Part shown: one piece after another, positions 36,101-43,590 of the stretch
How the letters are laid out: each line of letters starts with the position of its first letter
Numbering within the stretch: position 1 is the stretch's first letter
Virus record (IMG/VR): IMGVR_UViG_3300030330_005983
Span: 38,199-102,198 of that record
Direction: 5' to 3' (one strand)
Source of the DNA: a virus
Lineage: Duplodnaviria > Caudoviricetes
Length of the DNA: 64,000 nt
Notes under the pieces: generated by a model
The model's database searches: none
Seen by the model: only the letters and a program-made list of their open reading frames with translations
Told to the model about the DNA's origin: nothing
Program-made: the position numbers and the translations under genes

Positions 36101-37660
36101 TTTTGTGATAGCTGTTGTATTAGTTGTTAGGGCTTGCACTTGTTTTGCTGCTGACGCAGCTTGCGCTTGTCCAGTTAACTGTCCTGCGGCCCCTCTCCCG
36201 GCACCTCTAGCTCCTCCTCCACCAAGACCGCCCGCGAAACCACTAACAAATTGAGAGCCAAGTTGAAAAGTTTTGAAAGCGGCCAAACCAGCAATTAAGG
36301 GAAGAACGGGCTTTATAGCATCTCCAACCTTAATCATTGCTGAGGCGATAGACAGAGCTGTTTTGGCAAAAGCTTGAAATGCAGTGGTCCCAGCTATCTC
36401 TCTAAAAAGGGCTAAAAATTGTTCCCTAACTTTTACAGCCTGTACAGCCAAACTCTGTTGAGCTGTTACTGCGTCTTTAGCTAAGGAGCCTTGCCCAGCT
36501 ATAGCAACATTTAATGCTCTTTGTGCTGTTCCAAATTGTTGAATTAATGGGATTACTTTTGAAACCTGCCTAAATCCACCAAGCTCTTCAATGATTTGCT
36601 GGAATCTAGGGTCTGTGGTTTCAAGAGTGCTTAATGCTTTGTTTAGTCTTTTAATAGCTTCAAAAGGACCAACGAAGTTTCCTTGAAGGTTTTGAAGCTC
36701 AACTCCAGCCTGTCGCAAGAATTCGATTGTTTTTGGTCTTTGGATTCTTGTGAAGATGGTTCTAAAACCAGTTGCAATTGTTTCCGCACTTTCACGGGTT
36801 GTTGCTCTAACGCTAGTAAACAGAGCGAGAAGCTCTTCTAGATTGCCTCCAGCAGCTTGAAACGCACCACCAGCTCTTCTAATAGCAAAAATCAAGTCTT
36901 GAGATTCTACAGCGAACTGCCCAGCAAGCGCATTTATTGAACCTAGCTTTCCTCCTAGCTGGTCTGCGGTAACGCCAAACTGACGCATGATAGCAATGGC
37001 ACCCTCAGCGGTATTTGCCATGTCTTTAAAGGTAGGCGCTAAAGAACTCTGCGCTAGTGTTTTCAGGGCTGTTGTAACGTCTTTGGCAGCCAAGCCTGTT
37101 TGCGCCAACGTTCTAGAAACATCTATTAACTCAGATGAAGCAACGCCCATGCCAGAGGCAAGTCTGCTGATTTCCTTTTCTAGGAAACCTAAAGATTGTA
37201 AGGTCTTGCCAGTAACCTGAGCAACCTTTACCATTTGCCTTTCAAAGTTTATCGCTTCAGAAACACCAGTTTTTAAAGCTGATGTGAAACTAATTAGAAC
37301 TCCACCACCAATACTAAATGCGGCAAATCTTTTTGTGGCTAATGCAATCTGGTGACCAAAGTTTTGAGCTGACGTTCCAGCCTCTTTTAAAGACGAAGAG
37401 GTTTTGTTGACATTGCTTGATGTTTTAGAGGTAGTGGAATTAAGTTGAGAAAGCGTCTTGTTTGTTTTGGCTACTTGAGCAGAAATGTTATTGAGTGATT
37501 TCTGCATGTTCTGCAAGGCCTGTAGGCCAGACTTGCTAACATTAAGATTAACATTAGCGTTGAGTCCGCCTAACTGCCTCTGCAGCCTGCTGACAACCTG
37601 CCTAACATTTCCAGGACCCTGCAGTTGAAGCTGGGCGACTATATTAAATTTTTGAGCCAT
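30113..37660 (-). CDS. Tail tape measure protein (2515 aa) with inserted globular cargo domains
   Basis: TP901-type core (FERQMVKV, LAQTG, TTRESAETIATGFRTIFTR), hydrophobic Gly/Ala segments, long coiled coils, two GG..G..DTVPA.L.PGEFV motifs and an embedded HAD domain. Confidence 0.9.
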   Translation of the reverse strand: MAQKFNIVAQLQLQGPGNVRQVVSRLQRQLGGLNANVNLNVSKSGLQALQNMQKSLNNISAQVAKTNKTLSQLNSTTSKTSSNVNKTSSSLKEAGTSAQNFGHQIALATKRFAAFSIGGGVLISFTSALKTGVSEAINFERQMVKVAQVTGKTLQSLGFLEKEISRLASGMGVASSELIDVSRTLAQTGLAAKDVTTALKTLAQSSLAPTFKDMANTAEGAIAIMRQFGVTADQLGGKLGSINALAGQFAVESQDLIFAIRRAGGAFQAAGGNLEELLALFTSVRATTRESAETIATGFRTIFTRIQRPKTIEFLRQAGVELQNLQGNFVGPFEAIKRLNKALSTLETTDPRFQQIIEELGGFRQVSKVIPLIQQFGTAQRALNVAIAGQGSLAKDAVTAQQSLAVQAVKVREQFLALFREIAGTTAFQAFAKTALSIASAMIKVGDAIKPVLPLIAGLAAFKTFQLGSQFVSGFAGGLGGGGARGAGRGAAGQLTGQAQAASAAKQVQALTTNTTAITKLTAAVNSLIPPINRLSSSNQKIISSGAMGGRSGRRRFATGGIVPGTGTGDTVPAMLEPGEFVIRKSSVEKYGAENLQRLNRGGKKRRGISKSKRAYAFDFDDTLAVSDAVVREGAEDPYVDFRGKRGESFVKSATATKIASMAKTRASRGHDIFVVTARPGDSSTRRGISGFMSKIGVTAKDIIGVGGSPGPGDTSQKKAQVLNRLKKQYGNITFLDDDDANVLAASKIPGVKSIKARKAMGGKISSGRGLPDGHALLYGQTRKSKPLTVAQKRANDRAAMKRGKKKADADELPLRGFPGGLPINMTPRTHIGGIHLRDGAKTKGGADTAIRYPGIKSFDITNPAFIDYWKRSTAKKHKLSSRQRAATRLQGSMNKQTFMSYAPSPGDLKEVMGTQIDRAAAKGASSGVGRAVSKLKKNATFKKAGVSVDDNNIAAAKAATESDPNVISSVAGFIYEGVLTALTGTAMGGDKAAFDIPEITKNQRSAWGKLFGPGAEKLKTGEVKRSLQEMKAGLKGTKVTREFNNQKRTKWRDIANVNKDSIQNRLKVARRASGGGISGSDTVPALLTPGEFVVNKKSAQRIGYGALDKINKGQAQGFASGGIVKKFRRGGRASGGDSGRGFEKLTAAAIVLPNILEQLAASVGTTNKTFSNLVSGLTGFLGTLLTVKIAFESLGAQKLLEGLPGAAGGKRFSRASFGRTFSALSNRNVNTLGMGKVRGNVKAFGAALTRTSAGALAVVSALASAGVAIRSFGEKLKKEAVESAERAKNTADENAAQAKFTKGKVISATGTGMAGGAVAGAAIGSFIPVIGTLLGGLIGSVVGAIGGLVAGIFGSNKEVVDAINRGRQARHLESIDKNMKKLERQGATSSVVGSIVNDVNRAMDNMASAGDLEQMEKMEQEMKRLVPELQKMTGEMAKGSESISDFESMMGGKGREAIEILSRLTGVPYEELRGEYKRQIDVARRLREAQAAAAEAFAAQRDFISEINSFRDAILRAADITSEFADRVSGIVNAALGGDISATFGGTRQSGNILGRAAEGERVDPAMLSQAIRQASSDENVRQQAAQQARLAQELPGVLFDAAKAVGPGMDSDIKLVDAVKKSLQSKGFTGTIANSVVTAVGTMTTGRQKGEGTARDEIIGDSRAVAEKIRGDVGPQVLQALQEIGDAIVQSQENLLSMLQKRNDLEEAYTQARQRLLQKQNQLDDAEQQFGRDVAGNAVAARTDQEARQEAARRFEEEQRAIIGTDFLGYGANLNNPMDPQELGDLIQANEAQIAAQREYIKELEVGSSAHLAATNSLNTLGQEGQRLRAGLSNLAESTTTLSVLQKQLGEEQKRREYTQSKLTDIAFGTKEQRQNFATGMRGANLLQRGMLPQEIARLGPQGEQMMQGGLAQLREFAGAGIKVRDFEKEAEQGDGKKIMVDADEIIKRQTKKQIKAELRAAPPNSAAAKLTDKQIDVLVEKRMEKGKGEKELEKKILEAMNVQRQAAEKIKEVFEKTIETTDVEVKNAIVEGTRSIREAIVAQAQERVQAEKETAQKEQVRAQDKITTRGQLASMGIGGRKEAEAVVGAASSFDEIRRSAKELHRLDRITSAGFGGAEAKKIRSRSHGVGSDVPGLSNSTRAEMDAAINSPMRRALSQIFQEINASNIAVEDNIAGRDERARISQRVFKQVGEQENLDFSPEELSKLAVAINSLTDFDADYFDTDFGDVSDMIGKMAPAFESIFSGAKDAAGTRILDERQRLDEANIDRGLQNSIIRGDIDISDIEQKARSLNEGLKKTDGWDVFESRLDSVNAKLKGLTDREGRLETQKQNVQTQKIPTTSTPDKPNPIPPVDLASTNIYNGIPGAGIRLGGATSSTAISPGIDAPFQVAAPQESTQAIGVAERTASGVERLVAVFESKQQADGGDGSSISSLTNALSNFSSSEKITALTDSLNNFTTSFGDGIQMQISGLDAVQVNVTGLDSLEGPVKSATIEEIQRELTRIAEKVDTPA

Positions 37661-37736
37661 ATTATTTTAAAATAAAAAAGTAAAAAAACACTAAAAATAA
37701 TAGTATTTATGCCCGTCAATTATAGCCACTATCCAT

Positions 37737-38630
37737 TTAAACCGCTTCTTGTTCTGTCTTTTCCGAATCAGATTTTTTGGGCCTGCCTCTTCTTTTTGTT
37801 GTCTTTTTGGGTGCTTCTTTTAGTTGGGGGTTTTCTTTGCTAAAAACTTCATTTCCGTCTTCATCAAGGAATGGTGAAAATGCCACGATAGGATTGCCCT
37901 CTTCGTCAACTCTTTCTCCGTCTATGTTTACATACTCGCCATCTTCATTAACAAACCTTCCCTCTGAGTCGATGAGCTTTCCATCAAAATCAATAAGTTG
38001 CCCTTCACTATTGACTAGCCTGTTCTCATCGTCCGTAAATTCGTACTCGTTCAGGAATTTATTCTCAGGAAGATTTTTTTCATAGTTTTTATCAAGTCCA
38101 TAGTAAATACCGGCAAAAACTTCAGCCGCTTTTACCGCGACACCGTCTTCTGACGACAAATATTTATCTATGTTTTCATAAACTGGTTCTCCAGTATCAT
38201 TATACACCAAACATCCTACTAACAATGCATTAAATCTTGCGTTTTCAGCTTGTCCTTGAGCGGTGTTGACGTCTAAAGAGTTTTTCTCGGCTATTAATCC
38301 TTGAAGCGCCATTCTAAGCGTTCTTATTTCAAGGGCAACTTTTTTTGCCTCTGAAAGTTTAATTCCTCCGGCTTTTAAACTTTTTGATTTGTTAGATATT
38401 TCTTCAACCAATCGGTTTTGTGTCTTTTCTTTTTGTTCGTCCCATATTCCTTGACTAATCATGTATTGTTCTAGTTTTTCTCTTAATAGAGCGCCAGAAG
38501 AAAGGGCCTTACTAAACACCCTATTATACTCCATGGTAGCGTCTTCATTATTTTGAAAAGTGGGTTGAAGGATAGCGTATTTTTCATCTTTTCCGTCAAC
38601 AGAAAAAGTTGTTTTTTTATTTTTTGCCAT
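37737..38630 (-). CDS. Putative tail assembly chaperone with acidic 7-residue repeats
   Basis: Immediately upstream of the tape measure. About seven (V/I)(N/D)x(E/D)Gxx repeats. Confidence 0.45.
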   Translation of the reverse strand: MAKNKKTTFSVDGKDEKYAILQPTFQNNEDATMEYNRVFSKALSSGALLREKLEQYMISQGIWDEQKEKTQNRLVEEISNKSKSLKAGGIKLSEAKKVALEIRTLRMALQGLIAEKNSLDVNTAQGQAENARFNALLVGCLVYNDTGEPVYENIDKYLSSEDGVAVKAAEVFAGIYYGLDKNYEKNLPENKFLNEYEFTDDENRLVNSEGQLIDFDGKLIDSEGRFVNEDGEYVNIDGERVDEEGNPIVAFSPFLDEDGNEVFSKENPQLKEAPKKTTKRRGRPKKSDSEKTEQEAV

Positions 38631-38649
38631 AATAAAATTCTCCTCTATT

Positions 38650-39027
38650 TTATGTAAGGTGAGTGTTCATTGTAAGTGTATATCTGTCCCAACTGACAGA
38701 ATAGTTTCCAATCTCATTGACAGCGGCTCTTAGTTGTGTATTACCGTTGTCTAATATTTCTGCTCTAATTTCATCCCAAACCTCTCGCATCTCAATTTCA
38801 TCCTGAGTAAGTTCCTCTTCACTTTTTCCGTGACCCCACAGAAATCCAAAATGATTTTCACAAGAGGATATGGCCCCTATAAAAGAGGTTTTCATTTTTG
38901 TTGATACGATATTGGAGAGCCTCTTTTTTGAGCGCTCTTCGTACTCTTTAGATTTTGCCTCTTTCTGTTTATGTGCAGCGCTTGCTATTTGATAATGCGA
39001 AAGAGTTTCTTTTTTATTGTCTCCCAT
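38650..39027 (-). CDS. Hypothetical tail-module protein
   Basis: 125-aa ORF with an SD, in the operon. Confidence 0.5.
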   Translation of the reverse strand: MGDNKKETLSHYQIASAAHKQKEAKSKEYEERSKKRLSNIVSTKMKTSFIGAISSCENHFGFLWGHGKSEEELTQDEIEMREVWDEIRAEILDNGNTQLRAAVNEIGNYSVSWDRYTLTMNTHLT

Positions 39028-39054
39028 GTTTTTATTCCTTTTTTTAATTTTGTT

Positions 39055-40107
39055 CTACTTTCTGGCGTGTTGTGCGAAAGAGTCCATGGCCTGTCTTCTT
39101 AGTTCCAATTGAGCGTCTAGGGTATGCTCAACAGAAACTCCTTTTTTACTCTTGTCTATCTGCTTCTGTCTATTTTTGATTATAGCTTTTGAATCGCCGG
39201 TATTCATAGCATATATTTTCGCCGCATCCTGTTGATTATCAGCGAACAAATAAACTTCATCCCCCTTCTGCGCAGCTTTGTTATTTGCATACTGCTCCTT
39301 CTTTTCTTTTTCTCTTTTCTTGTGTTGGAAAATCAACCAGCCGTCAAGCAAATCATCGTCCTGGATTACCTCATCGGCGGGACAATCTGGGCTTTCATGG
39401 ATGCTGTCGTATATTCTTGACCAAGATATTATCATTCTTTGCTCGTCTGATAAAGAAGATGCCGGGATACCAAACACGCCAATTTCGCTTTTTGCACAAT
39501 TCCATATATTGGTCCAAGGGTCTTTTCTTGAAAGCTCCCTAATTTTATCTTCGTCTATGATTTGAGAGCTATATGAGTTAAATAAACTTTGAATTAATAC
39601 AGATTCAGCCTTGTCATAATCATTATTTTTCCATATCAAATTTTCATCTAGGTCTCTAGCAGAGGAACAAATCCTATAAGTATGTTTGTAATTATCGGCC
39701 ATACCCTCAGCGGTTTGCTGACGAAATACATTTCTAGCCATAGTCAAATTAATAATCTCTTTTTTGATTTTTTTTATCCTAGCTTTTAAATTATCTCTGC
39801 TCTTAAAAGAAATAAACGCAGTATAAAGTTGCAGTTTTGATTCTTCCATAATTCCTGGAATTGCTTTTATCCTGTTTTCATTTTCTTCACTCCATAAACC
39901 ATCTTCTATCATTTTTTGAATCATTTCGCTCTCAGATATCACCCCTTTTGAAATCGCTTCAAATAACTTTTCATTGTATATCTGTTCAGATATATACTTA
40001 TTTCTAGGAGTAAGGTTGTCTATAACGTAAGTTACTCCGTGTATTTTACAAAAAGTTACGCCGCTAAGAATTTTGCTTACAAGGCGATTTCTTTCATTCC
40101 TATCCAT
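39055..40107 (-). CDS. Putative tail assembly chaperone-like protein
   Basis: Helical protein between the tube and tape measure genes, with YDSIHESPDCP.DEVI.DDDLLDGW. Confidence 0.45.
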   Translation of the reverse strand: MDRNERNRLVSKILSGVTFCKIHGVTYVIDNLTPRNKYISEQIYNEKLFEAISKGVISESEMIQKMIEDGLWSEENENRIKAIPGIMEESKLQLYTAFISFKSRDNLKARIKKIKKEIINLTMARNVFRQQTAEGMADNYKHTYRICSSARDLDENLIWKNNDYDKAESVLIQSLFNSYSSQIIDEDKIRELSRKDPWTNIWNCAKSEIGVFGIPASSLSDEQRMIISWSRIYDSIHESPDCPADEVIQDDDLLDGWLIFQHKKREKEKKEQYANNKAAQKGDEVYLFADNQQDAAKIYAMNTGDSKAIIKNRQKQIDKSKKGVSVEHTLDAQLELRRQAMDSFAQHARK

Positions 40108-40345
40108 TTTGTCCTTCTAATTCATTAATGCGTTTTTTTAATTCAGCATTTTCTGAAGTGAGGTGGGTGGCTTGAACCTGCATGGCAGCAATTATTTCTG
40201 AGTAATATTTTTCAGTTACTTGCTTTATACCTGAATTTTCAATAACCAAACGTCCAATAATTTGACAAACTGAGTCGTATGAAATTTCATTTTGAGAGTT
40301 AGAGTCTTTTTTTTCGGAAGAGAAATCCGATGTAGAATTTTCCAT
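40100..40345 (-). CDS. Small coiled-coil protein
   Basis: 81 aa with a C-terminal heptad stretch. Overlaps the downstream start. Confidence 0.5.
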   Translation of the reverse strand: MENSTSDFSSEKKDSNSQNEISYDSVCQIIGRLVIENSGIKQVTEKYYSEIIAAMQVQATHLTSENAELKKRINELEGQNG

Positions 40346-40371
40346 ATTATTTTAATCCTTCTTTTGTATCC

Positions 40372-40414
40372 AAAAAATATAAAGGGGAGAGGGGTAAGCC
40401 CCTCCCCTTTTTTA
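40372..40414 (-). terminator. Intrinsic terminator after the tail tube gene
   Basis: Minus strand GGGGAGGGG-CTTA-CCCCTCTCC stem (one G-U) followed by CCTTTATATTTTTT. Confidence 0.75.
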
Positions 40415-40420
40415 ACTAAA

Positions 40421-41854
40421 TTAAACGCTTGCGTGAGCTGTTCCAGCGTCGCCGTGTCTACCATCCCTAAGGGTAAACTTGCTTGTTTGAAAGTGCTCTT
40501 TAATACCTTGATAGTATGCGGTAGTCGCCGCAGTATCGGAACCATTGGAGCCGGTGTTCCTATCTTTATCTCCAGTAGCACCACTATAAGCAACAGCCAA
40601 CGGGTCTTGTGGATGGAAGACTGTGAAGTCATTAAAGTTTTGATAACTGTAAGTGATTTCTTCATTTCCACCACCAGCGTCACCTCCGGTAACATTAACT
40701 GAGGACAACTTGTTTTTCTTGCCCATGTCAACCAACAGACCCTCTCGAAGATGCAATCTAATAGTCTCATTTTGAATATTAGATGTGTTTGACGGGTCAA
40801 TGAAGCCTTCTTCAGTAACGTTAATTAAGTCGCCAGAAGTTGAAATACACGTAATTTCGCAAGTTGCTTCCGTGGGGAACGGAACGAACCTGTGATATCG
40901 ACCTCTTCGGCCTAACTCAAAAATATCTTCTCTTCCGAAGTCGGTAGAGCATGTGATACTTTGAACGTGAACTTTAAAGCTTCCGTTGTCTCTTTCAACA
41001 GTACCGCTAGTGCTAACACCAGGAATCTGCCTGGGAAGAACCGTACCCAGTCCAGAAACAGCGCCGTTAACATCACGATACCCTCTTGTGTGCCTGTCGC
41101 CTCCTGCGGTGTCATTTCCAGGATAAACGTATAGAACATCCTCTCTTCTGTTTACACCGCCTGAACCCTGGGTGAATGCTAACGGGTCCTCTTCTCGAGT
41201 GATAAAGTCTGTCGCAGACCATAAGGCCATAGCAGGCACGCCATTGGCGATTTCGGTTGCATGAAAAACTTTATCTTGGCCAACCAAAGAAACACTCTCT
41301 GTGGCGTAACCGTCGATACCAACAGTGTAGCTAACAGAATTCACAAACATTCCAGACATCATAACTGAAATTTCTGGCTGGTCTTTGTACCAAGCAGCGC
41401 CATCAGAGCCGCCATTGTCAATAACGTTTGCGGCAATCTCGCTTGTATCTTTATAAATATTTAAAGCAAAATCGCACTGAGCTTTAGAACGACCAATCAA
41501 AGTGGCTGCAGTAGCCTTGTTGTCTGCGTCGGTGGTTGATAGCTCTCCGTCTCCATTAATAGATGTCGCCAAAACGTAAGCTGGGCAGTATCCATCAAGA
41601 ACTTTCTCAATATCTACGGAGATATCAGGAATACCTTCAATATTTTCATAGATTTGAAGCATTCCAAGTTCAAATGTTTGCTCCAAATTAAAAGTGGTTG
41701 TAATGCCAACAGACTGAAGTCCATGAAGCTGCCTGAATTTACCCTTATCGGCTTGGGCAATGTCAGTAGGGTCATTGACACCCTTGACTTGGGCAGAGCC
41801 AACTGGACCCATTCCGGCCTTTTTTGCGGCATAAAAAATTCTTTTGTTTGCCAT
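40421..41854 (-). CDS. Major tail tube protein with two tandem tube-like domains
   Basis: Has its own promoter motif and terminator, suggesting high expression. Internal repeat LQSVGITTTFNLEQTFELG / VQSITCSTDFGREDIFELG. Confidence 0.7.
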   Translation of the reverse strand: MANKRIFYAAKKAGMGPVGSAQVKGVNDPTDIAQADKGKFRQLHGLQSVGITTTFNLEQTFELGMLQIYENIEGIPDISVDIEKVLDGYCPAYVLATSINGDGELSTTDADNKATAATLIGRSKAQCDFALNIYKDTSEIAANVIDNGGSDGAAWYKDQPEISVMMSGMFVNSVSYTVGIDGYATESVSLVGQDKVFHATEIANGVPAMALWSATDFITREEDPLAFTQGSGGVNRREDVLYVYPGNDTAGGDRHTRGYRDVNGAVSGLGTVLPRQIPGVSTSGTVERDNGSFKVHVQSITCSTDFGREDIFELGRRGRYHRFVPFPTEATCEITCISTSGDLINVTEEGFIDPSNTSNIQNETIRLHLREGLLVDMGKKNKLSSVNVTGGDAGGGNEEITYSYQNFNDFTVFHPQDPLAVAYSGATGDKDRNTGSNGSDTAATTAYYQGIKEHFQTSKFTLRDGRHGDAGTAHASV

Positions 41855-41920
41855 TATTTTTCTCTCCTGTTTCTATATAGAATCTCTGCTTGCTACCCAG
41901 AGACTAGCGCTAGTTAACAT

Positions 41921-41932
41921 ATTATACACCAA
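41921..41932 (-). promoter_or_regulatory. Putative late promoter (TTGGTGTATAAT)
   Basis: Intergenic, about 67 nt upstream of the tail tube ATG. Confidence 0.65.
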
Positions 41933-41934
41933 AT

Positions 41935-42930
41935 TTATATATCGGACGATATTAATGAAAAAGTTGCCCTTACTGTGCTTCTGTGAAGCCAGCTATTTAC
42001 TGGCGGCATATCTGTGCATTCCATCTTGTCAATTCTGGCTTGATTATACCTAAAGCCCCCTTCTCCAGTTGGAGATATTAAGTCTGGATACATTTTAGCA
42101 TTTTTGACTGGATATCCTAGCCTATTCAGTTGAAGTGGGTACTTTTTGTTTTCTTTCATCATAGCTCTATTGATAAGATATATAATTTTCTCATTTTGAT
42201 TCAAAAGTATGTCTCTTAAATTGTTTTTCTCAAACTCATTATCAGAGAATATATGGAATAAAATATCGTTATAAACTATCTGCCCCCCGCCAATAGCCCA
42301 TCCTTGATTTTTGCCTCCTTTGGATAATTCTAACGCAACAACAGGCAGTTGAAGCCTTCTCTTGCCAAGTTGGTTTCTTGAGCCAGAACTAGAAATTAAA
42401 TAAGAATCTAAATCCTCAATATCATAAGAGTCATACATAAGCTCTTGAACAAATTTTTCGGATGCTAAAGTTATGCCTACGGTTCTATGGCTAAAATTAG
42501 CCTCTACTCTTCTTCTTATTGGGACAGGGTAGTCAAATAATATTCTTCCATTTGGATAGTCAACATAGTGAGAGTACGTTGCATCGCCAGAACCATAAAA
42601 ATAACCATCTACCCAAACTCCACTTACATGTATTGGTTTTGTGTCGTTGTATGTAAATCCAGACTCCCAAACCCAATCATTTCTAAATCCTTCCCAAACT
42701 TGTCCTTGCTCATAGTTTGGGTCATCAGACATCCTAAGTCTATATCTAGAACTTGAGTCGGAAAATGAGCCTGAAGCTGCGGGGCTTCTAGATATATTTT
42801 GAAATGCACCTACTTGTAAAAAAGACCAAGATAAAAAATCTTGAACTCCTAGCAAGAGATTGTTGCTAATATTATCTTTCTGGATAGATGTAACGCCTTT
42901 AAATTTTGCGGGGTCTTGAATAAATGCCAT
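41935..42930 (-). CDS. Putative tail terminator/completion protein
   Basis: Directly upstream of the tail tube gene. LPVVALE...IGGG....DILFHIFS pattern. Confidence 0.5.
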   Translation of the reverse strand: MAFIQDPAKFKGVTSIQKDNISNNLLLGVQDFLSWSFLQVGAFQNISRSPAASGSFSDSSSRYRLRMSDDPNYEQGQVWEGFRNDWVWESGFTYNDTKPIHVSGVWVDGYFYGSGDATYSHYVDYPNGRILFDYPVPIRRRVEANFSHRTVGITLASEKFVQELMYDSYDIEDLDSYLISSSGSRNQLGKRRLQLPVVALELSKGGKNQGWAIGGGQIVYNDILFHIFSDNEFEKNNLRDILLNQNEKIIYLINRAMMKENKKYPLQLNRLGYPVKNAKMYPDLISPTGEGGFRYNQARIDKMECTDMPPVNSWLHRSTVRATFSLISSDI

Positions 42931-42932
42931 TT

Positions 42933-43589
42933 TTATCCCCTTCCACCTAAGGCAGAAATAAAAAGTTGTGTTAAGTCGTTCTGCAATTGAGGAAGAACAG
43001 AATCAATAGCCCGAGTAATAAAGTTATTGTCCTCTGAGCCAGAGTGTTCTGGCGGAACCCTCCATCCACGACCCTTAACCATTATTTTGTCTCCTGTTCG
43101 GGACCTTTTTGGAAATCCAGCTTTAACTTCGAAGCTTCTAATAATAACAGCATCGCCTAAAGTTAATAACCATTTAAGCCAAGGTAAGCTTTGACCTTTT
43201 TCTGTTTCTTGAAGCCCATCTTCTGAGCCCGATGTTACAGTTTGAAGGTCTGAAGGAGCTGCTTCAATTGTAAATTTAGCCACTATTTTGTCTCCAGATA
43301 TTCTTGGGCTTTCTACTTTTAATTTTACAATATTAGATACGGCTGATGCTATTCCATCAGGGTTTACAGATTCTAAACCAAACTCCTCTCTTAAATTTCC
43401 GCTTTGCAAAGAGTCCATTGTTGAAGATTGCAAAATAGCGTTATACACTTGATTTTTAACTTCCATTTTTATTTTGTCAGTGCTTTTATTAAAGTTTTTT
43501 TTCATGTGTTTTTGAATAGCCATAAGTATATCTTTTTTAACTTTATCTTCATTAACCATTTTTAGAGAAAAGTTTAAAGAATTAGACAT
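42933..43589 (-). CDS. Putative neck/tail completion protein
   Basis: Neck-region position. LPWLKWLL and a C-terminal NNFITRAI resemble HK97 gp10-type ends. Confidence 0.45.
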   Translation of the reverse strand: MSNSLNFSLKMVNEDKVKKDILMAIQKHMKKNFNKSTDKIKMEVKNQVYNAILQSSTMDSLQSGNLREEFGLESVNPDGIASAVSNIVKLKVESPRISGDKIVAKFTIEAAPSDLQTVTSGSEDGLQETEKGQSLPWLKWLLTLGDAVIIRSFEVKAGFPKRSRTGDKIMVKGRGWRVPPEHSGSEDNNFITRAIDSVLPQLQNDLTQLFISALGGRG

Positions 43590-43590
43590 A

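Noticed and set aside
37661-40345. Programmed -1 frameshift of tail assembly chaperones
   Set aside because: No convincing slippery site joined to an overlapping downstream frame was found. The ORFs have their own starts.
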